Part shown: positions 35,224 to 40,607 of the stretch, in pieces
How positions within the stretch are numbered: position 1 is the stretch's first letter
Layout of the letters: the number at the start of each line of letters is the position of its first letter
Source of the DNA: Reclinomonas americana ATCC 50394
Lineage: Eukaryota
Assembly (NCBI GenBank): GCA_048213135.1
Contig: PS015264.1
Location: forward strand, 20,538 to 61,144
Direction of reading: 5' to 3'
DNA: 40,607 bases
Position numbers and translations under genes: made by a program
The notes under the pieces: model-generated
The model's database searches: none
Seen by the model: the letters and a program-made list of their open reading frames with translations, nothing else
What the model was told of the DNA's origin: nothing

Positions 35224-38200
35224 CAAATGAAGAAGAGCAAGGAAAGAGTGAACACAGAGCACAAGGTAAGAAAGAAAGTGCAAGAGAGTGCACGGCAAGT
35301 GAGAGTGAGTTGATCAATAGAACATAAGAGAGAAAGAAGAAGGCGGAGAAGAAGGGAAGAGTGAGAAAGGTAGAGGGGGAGGACACAGGAGAACGAGAAA
35401 GATTAGCACTGTGATGATCGGGATAGATGCGGGTGGGCGACGAGAAAGTGATGGGCACAAGAGAAAGAGCTTATCAGATTGTTTTCTCTTGTTGAATGAG
35501 AATGACGAGCATGAGAGAGAGAGAGAGAAGAGAGAGAGAAGGACGACTGGAAGGGGGAACCGCTGAACCAGATGCACGTGGAAGAGAGACGGGAGGGCGG
35601 AATGCGGGACGCTAAGGAGACGGAAGTTAAATAATTGCACTGTACTGAGAAGGACCAGTGGATTATTACCCCTTCGAAAGCCTCTTATCAGGCGTGAGAC
35701 ATGCAAGAGAGTAGCGCAGGGCAGTTTCGCAAGGTATGGAGGATCGGTATTCGTCTCTGCGCCCACAAGAGAGGGAGCTGCAAAGGCAGCATCAACAGCA
35801 TTGATAATTTGTTGCAAGTGTCTAAAGAGGTGAGAAAAGAGAGAGAGGGAACTGCAAGGGCAGAGATAAGAGCATTGATAAATCGTCACAGGTGTCCACA
35901 GAGGTGAGAAAAGAGAGAGAGAGGGAACTGCAAGGGCAGTGACAAGAGTATTGATGAATCGATGCAAGTCTCTGCAGAAGAGAGAGAAACCGCACATCGC
36001 CTAAATGGTTGCCCTTTCCCTCTCCATACCTGGCCGTCAACTGCTTGTTCAAGCGCAGCGACAGCGCCGCCACATCGTGCATCACCCCCGCAATCGCCTC
36101 CGCCGTCGAGTCCCACAAAATCGGCACAGTGTCCAGCCTGCACCAACATGAGATCGACGTAATCCCTTCTGTGCACCTGAGTCACACTTACCCGGTTGCG
36201 CACACTGCGCTGAACGACAGCAGCTCGGCCACCGTGTACCGCGACTCATCAGCACGCTGGCACAAAATATTGTCCTCCAGCACCGGCAGCATGACGCCGT
36301 TGAAGCCCGTGTGCAGGAAGTTCGCTCTGCTCACATTTCACGATGACATATCCGTCACGATCATGCTGCTACCACGCACACGCTACGCACCGCTCCAACA
36401 CCGACGTGAGCAGGGCCACTGCCGAGAGCGTGCCTGGGTCGCCAAAATGCTCAACTCCCATGCACTCAATGCCGCCACCGATCGAGTCCCTTTGTTGCGG
36501 GAAGGGTGCAAATGAAAAGTCGAAGCCCTGCATTCACGAGAAAGTGAGATCACTCCTGTACGCAACAGGCGCAAGGGTGCTCACCTTGAATGTCAGGCCA
36601 AACTCCCTGGCGATTTCGTCGACTGCCGGCTGCAGCACTGTCGCGTGCTGCTCGATGAGGGCCTGCAGCCTGGCGGCGCCGTCGTCCAGCGATGCAGCGT
36701 CGGTGAAGGCCTCGGAGACTGTGGTAGGTAAAGGTGAGCACGTGGGGGGAAAAGGGAAGGGAGGTACGAGAGGCGCACCAAGGTTGGCGCATTGCAGCGC
36801 AATAGCAAAGCAGTCGCCGTCGCTGTTGTTGCCCGAGTGGAACGAGCCGGGGAAGAAGGGGTTCTGCGGAGGGAGATAAGGAGAAGGGAGAAGAAGGGAA
36901 AGGGGAAGGGAGAAGGGGACAGGGGAAGGGAGGGGATAGGAGTGAGGGGAGAAAAGAAAGGAATGAGGTGGGAAAAGGGATAGAGGAAGGGGACAGGGGA
37001 AAGGAGGGAGGAGCAAGAGGAGTACACATAAACAGGGTAACAACAGAATGGATGGGCAGAGGAGAACGGGCGAGAGATGAACGAGAAGAAAAGAGGAAGA
37101 GAGCGACTGATTTGAGGAGAATGGACGACAGGCTGGACATGAAAACAGAAGAAGAGAAAGACAGGAGAGAGTTCGGAGGAGAATAATAGGGCAACGAGGT
37201 GACCGAGGCAGGGGGATAGTGAGATGTGCCAGCAAGGCGAGAACGAAACAAGGGTCACATAAGAGATGTGCAATTAATTAAACAGTACACATGAGCATAG
37301 GGACTGACTCGCAGCGGACGCGACTGCAACAGGCACTAACAGTGGAAAGAACTGGACCATCACTCAGAAATAAACGGAATAAGAGAGAGAAAAAAAGGGA
37401 GAAAACGAATGCGTTAAATATGTCCCAATAGCACTCAAAAGCTTGAGAAATGTGTGTGTGGGAAAATTGCGAGTGTTACCCAGAAGTAAACAGAGAAAGA
37501 GTGGATCTGAAGACAATGAATGCCTTGAGTCTGTCCTCTAACAGCGTGGAAACACGCTGGCCAACACTCTGACACCTCGAGAAAGGTAAAAGAAAGTGAG
37601 AAACGTCAAGAAAATGCGCAACCTTTCTCTTTGTCACGTACTCAGCTGCATGCACAGACTGACAAACTTCTTCTCAGCATCACGCAACAAAGGGCCGCAC
37701 TTGCGCCAGAGCCGAGAATCGCAAGTTGCCGAAACCGCCCGACGCGTGCTCCGAGTCCAGTTCGGCGATGCGGCGCACCGCAGCTGCGGCTAGTTGCACG
37801 CAGTCACCGTGAACCCTGTGGAATTTGATTCAGACGCTAATGCAGATGGGGTGACACAAAAAGTAGTGTGCGCAACTTGTCATCGGCGGTGAGTTGCGCA
37901 CACACAAAACATGACGAGGTCTGAGAGCCACAGTGAGTGTCGCGAACGAGGAGGAAGAGAGCTGGAACGGCGAGACCTCTCGAATAATGTCACTGACAAA
38001 CTCGTACGAGCGGGGGCTGTGAGACAGCGCGGCGCCCAGGCCGATGCATTGGAAGCCGATGGCTGTGAATCCAAGGGAATGAGAAAAAAGGAAAAGGGGA
38101 GAAGAAGCGGCGAAACGCACCTTTGAAGCGCGCCTCCACGTCCGTCACCAGCGCCAGCACGCGCTTGCGGGCGTCGTCCAACTCGCCCGACTCGGTGTCC

Positions 38201-38383
38201 ACCAGGAGCGGAAAGTGTGATGTGGAGAAGCGCACGGTCTGCGGAATGAAGGGAAAGGAGGAAAAGGGGGAAGAAGGGGGAAGAAGGGGGAAGAAGGGGG
38301 AGGGGAAGGGAGAGAGGGGAAGGGAAAAAGGTCACTTATCAGCTCTCTCAGAGCAGCGAGTGAGAAGCAAAATGAGAGCACTG

Positions 38384-38415
<32 letters not shown>

Positions 38416-40252
38416 ATAAGGACAACAGAGTGAGAGTATGAGTTGAGAGATGCTGCGGTCTCAATAGCAAGAAAGAGTGAGAGATAGAGAATGTCTCTCG
38501 TTCATATCTCAAAACAAGGCTGCAGAGCGAGTGAGGAACAAGGTGCGAGAGCGCTGGTGTCTCTTTCAGGGCAAGAGAGTGAGAGAATGAGTTGAGGAGA
38601 AGGAAGGCGCAAAAGGTCTCTCATTTCTGCATCTTCTTCAGCTCTCTCTCTCTCTCTCGAATCTCAACCTGCAGAGCGATTGAGAAGCGAAAGGTAAGAG
38701 CGCTGGGTCTCTTTCAAGGAAAGAGAGTAAGAGAATGAGGTGGAGAGACAGGGAGAGAGAGCATGCAGGTTCTCAACAGCAAGGAAGTGTGCGAGAGCAT
38801 CGGAGTGAGAGATAGATCATGTCTCTCGTTCAATATCTCAAAACAAGGCTGCAGAGCGAGTGAGGAACAAGGTGCGAGAGCGCTGGCGTCTCTCCCTTAT
38901 GGAGTGATATAACTGGAGACAGAATGTGAGTTTCTCGCCAGGCAACTTTCCTTTCTCAGTTCTCTCAAAAGCAAATGTTGCAGAGCGATTGAGAAGCAAA
39001 GTGTGAGTGCGCTACTGGCTCTTTCAGGGCAAGAGAGTGAGAGAGAGGTGGAGAGACAGGGAGCGAGAGCATGCGGGTGTCTCAACAGCAAGGAAGTGTG
39101 CGAGAGCGTCGGAGTGAGAGATAGAGCATGTCTCTCATTCAGATCTCTCAAAACNNNNNNNNNNNNNNNNNNNNGTGAGAGAGACTTGCACATGCTCTGT
39201 TGCCCTGAAAGAGATCAACTTCGCTGTTAGACACCTCATGTTCTTCGGCTCATTCTCTAACTCTTGCCCTGCGAGAGTCACCAGCGCTCTCTGACTTTGC
39301 TCCTCACTCGCACGTGAACTTTGTATCTGAGGGAGCTGAGAAGGGGAGGCGCAGAGCGGGAGACAAGACGTGACTCTCTCTCTCTCTCTTTCTTTCCGAA
39401 AGACATGCTGGAGAGACACCATCACGCCGTACTCCTCACTCGCTCTGCAGCCTTGTTNNNNNNNNNNNNNNNNNNNNNNNNNNNNNNNNNNNNNNNNNNN
39501 NNNNNNNNNNNNNNNNNNNNNNNNNNNNNNNNNNNNNNNNNNNNNNNNNNNNNNNNNNNNNNNNNNNNNNNNNNNNNNNNNNNNNNNNNNNNNNNNNNNN
39601 NNNNNNNNNNNNNNNNNNNNNNNNNNNNNNNNNNNNNNNNNNNNNNNNNNNNNNNNNNNNNNNNNNNNNNNNNNNNNNNNNNNNNNNNNNNNNNNNNNNN
39701 NNNNNNNNNNNNNNNNNNNNNNNNNNNNNNNNNNNNNNNNNNNNNNNNNNNNNNNNNNNNNNNNNNNNNNNNNNNNNNNNNNNNNNNNNNNNNNNNNNNN
39801 NNNNNNNNNNNNNNNNNNNNNNNNNNNNNNNNNNNNNNNNNNNNNNNNNNNNNNNNNNNNNNNNNNNNNNNNNNNNNNNNNNNNNNNNNNNNNNNNNNNN
39901 NNNNNNNNNNNNNNNNNNNNNNNNNNNNNNNNNNNNNNNNNNNNNNNNNNGCACTCAGCTCTCGCACAAGACTGCAGAGCGACAGAGAAGTAAAGTGTGA
40001 CAGTGCAGGTGTCTCACCAGCATGTCTTTCGGAAAGAAAGAGAGAGAGAGAGAGATAGAGAGTGACAGACTCATCCTTGTCTCCCGCTCTGCGCCCTCTG
40101 CTTTCCAGATGTCAGATGCAAACTTGAAGAGCGAGTGAGGAGTATCGTGTGAGAGCACAGGTGTCTCTTTCAAGGAAAGGGAGTGAGAGAGAAAGAGGGG
40201 CCTCTCGAAGTTTATGTCTTTCCTGGCAGCAAAAAAATGCGCGAGAGAGTTG

Positions 40253-40285
<33 letters not shown>

Positions 40286-40590
40286 TGCATATACAAGTCT
40301 CTCTCACTCACTCAGCTCCAGCAGAAGACTGCTGAGCAAAGGAAAACTCTCTGTGAATGAGTATTGGAGATGCATTCATTGTCGCATTCTCTCTCTCTCT
40401 CTCTCTCCCTCTCTCTCTCTCTCTCCATCCTCTCTCCTCTCCCTCCTCTCCCTTCTCCCTCCCCCCGCGCAACTTGCAACTCATACAAATCCCCGACAAT
40501 CGCCGCACATCGCGTAGCAAAATCGCGATACTTTTCACTCACACTCCCATCGCAACGCGCCGAGAAGAGCGTCACGGAGCGAACCTTCAT
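34765..40590 (-). CDS. DUF711 / UPF0210 family protein; 11 exons
   Basis: MKVRSVTLF...YELQ|TVRFST...GFGNLRFSALA...NPFFPGSFH...GFDFSFAPFP...FGDPGTLSAVALLT...GFNGVMLPVLED...FSAVCATG|LDTVP...KQLTAR|LMPVP...FPYFSN. These motifs match the DUF711 family as I recall it. All 10 introns are GT-AG and in frame; stop TAA 34765-34767. Confidence 0.85.
35826..35961. repeat. Intronic tandem duplication of about 60 bp
   Basis: AGAGGTGAGAAAAGAGAGAGAGGGAACTGCAAGGGCAG..AAGAG.ATTGAT.AATCG occurs twice. Confidence 0.85.
38340..40310. repeat. Complex repeat filling intron 1 of the DUF711 gene, copies in both orientations
   Basis: ATATCTCAAAACAAGGCTGCAGAGCGAGTGAGGAACAAGGTGCGAGAGCGCTGG occurs at about 38504 and 38834, with shorter GCAGAGCGA-led subunits. 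A reverse-complement copy lies at 39175-39457. Confidence 0.85.
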
Positions 40591-40607
40591 CCCAAAAAAA
40601 CACACAC

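Noticed and set aside
35393-35410. GAGAAAGATTAGCA, reminiscent of U6 snRNA ACAGAGAAGATTAGCA
   Set aside because: The flanks do not match U6, and it lies in purine-rich intron sequence.
533-40590. Alternative genetic code or non-GT-AG introns
   Set aside because: All eight gene models close with the standard code and GT-AG ends. Moving the shifted junctions by one base (TT donors) would break conserved residues such as Tyr in VKY and Ile in PIIHRD.

Overview
Intron-rich, gene-dense DNA from a unicellular eukaryote: GC-rich exons, many ~55-75 nt GT-AG introns and some 0.3-2 kb repeat-filled introns. It is a draft scaffold with 7 N-gaps and what look like 454-type read artefacts. Splicing by hand gives 8 multi-exon genes. 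They are an NHL-repeat protein (-, 3' end unresolved), an IQ-like helical protein (+), a long coiled-coil tail-anchored protein (-), two tandem paralogous 7TM-plus-TKL-kinase fusion receptors (-), a non-TALE homeodomain protein (-), a PLOD-like 2OG-Fe(II) oxygenase (+) and a bacterial-type DUF711/UPF0210 protein (-). There is also one poorly resolved Pro-rich locus. The most striking signal is a second class of 5' splice site. About one in six inferred introns starts with GTTGCG(Y) or a similar donor, which is the common donor GTGCGT with one extra T, and these follow a non-G exon base. Conserved protein motifs force several of these junctions. All gene models are manual inferences without transcript data.
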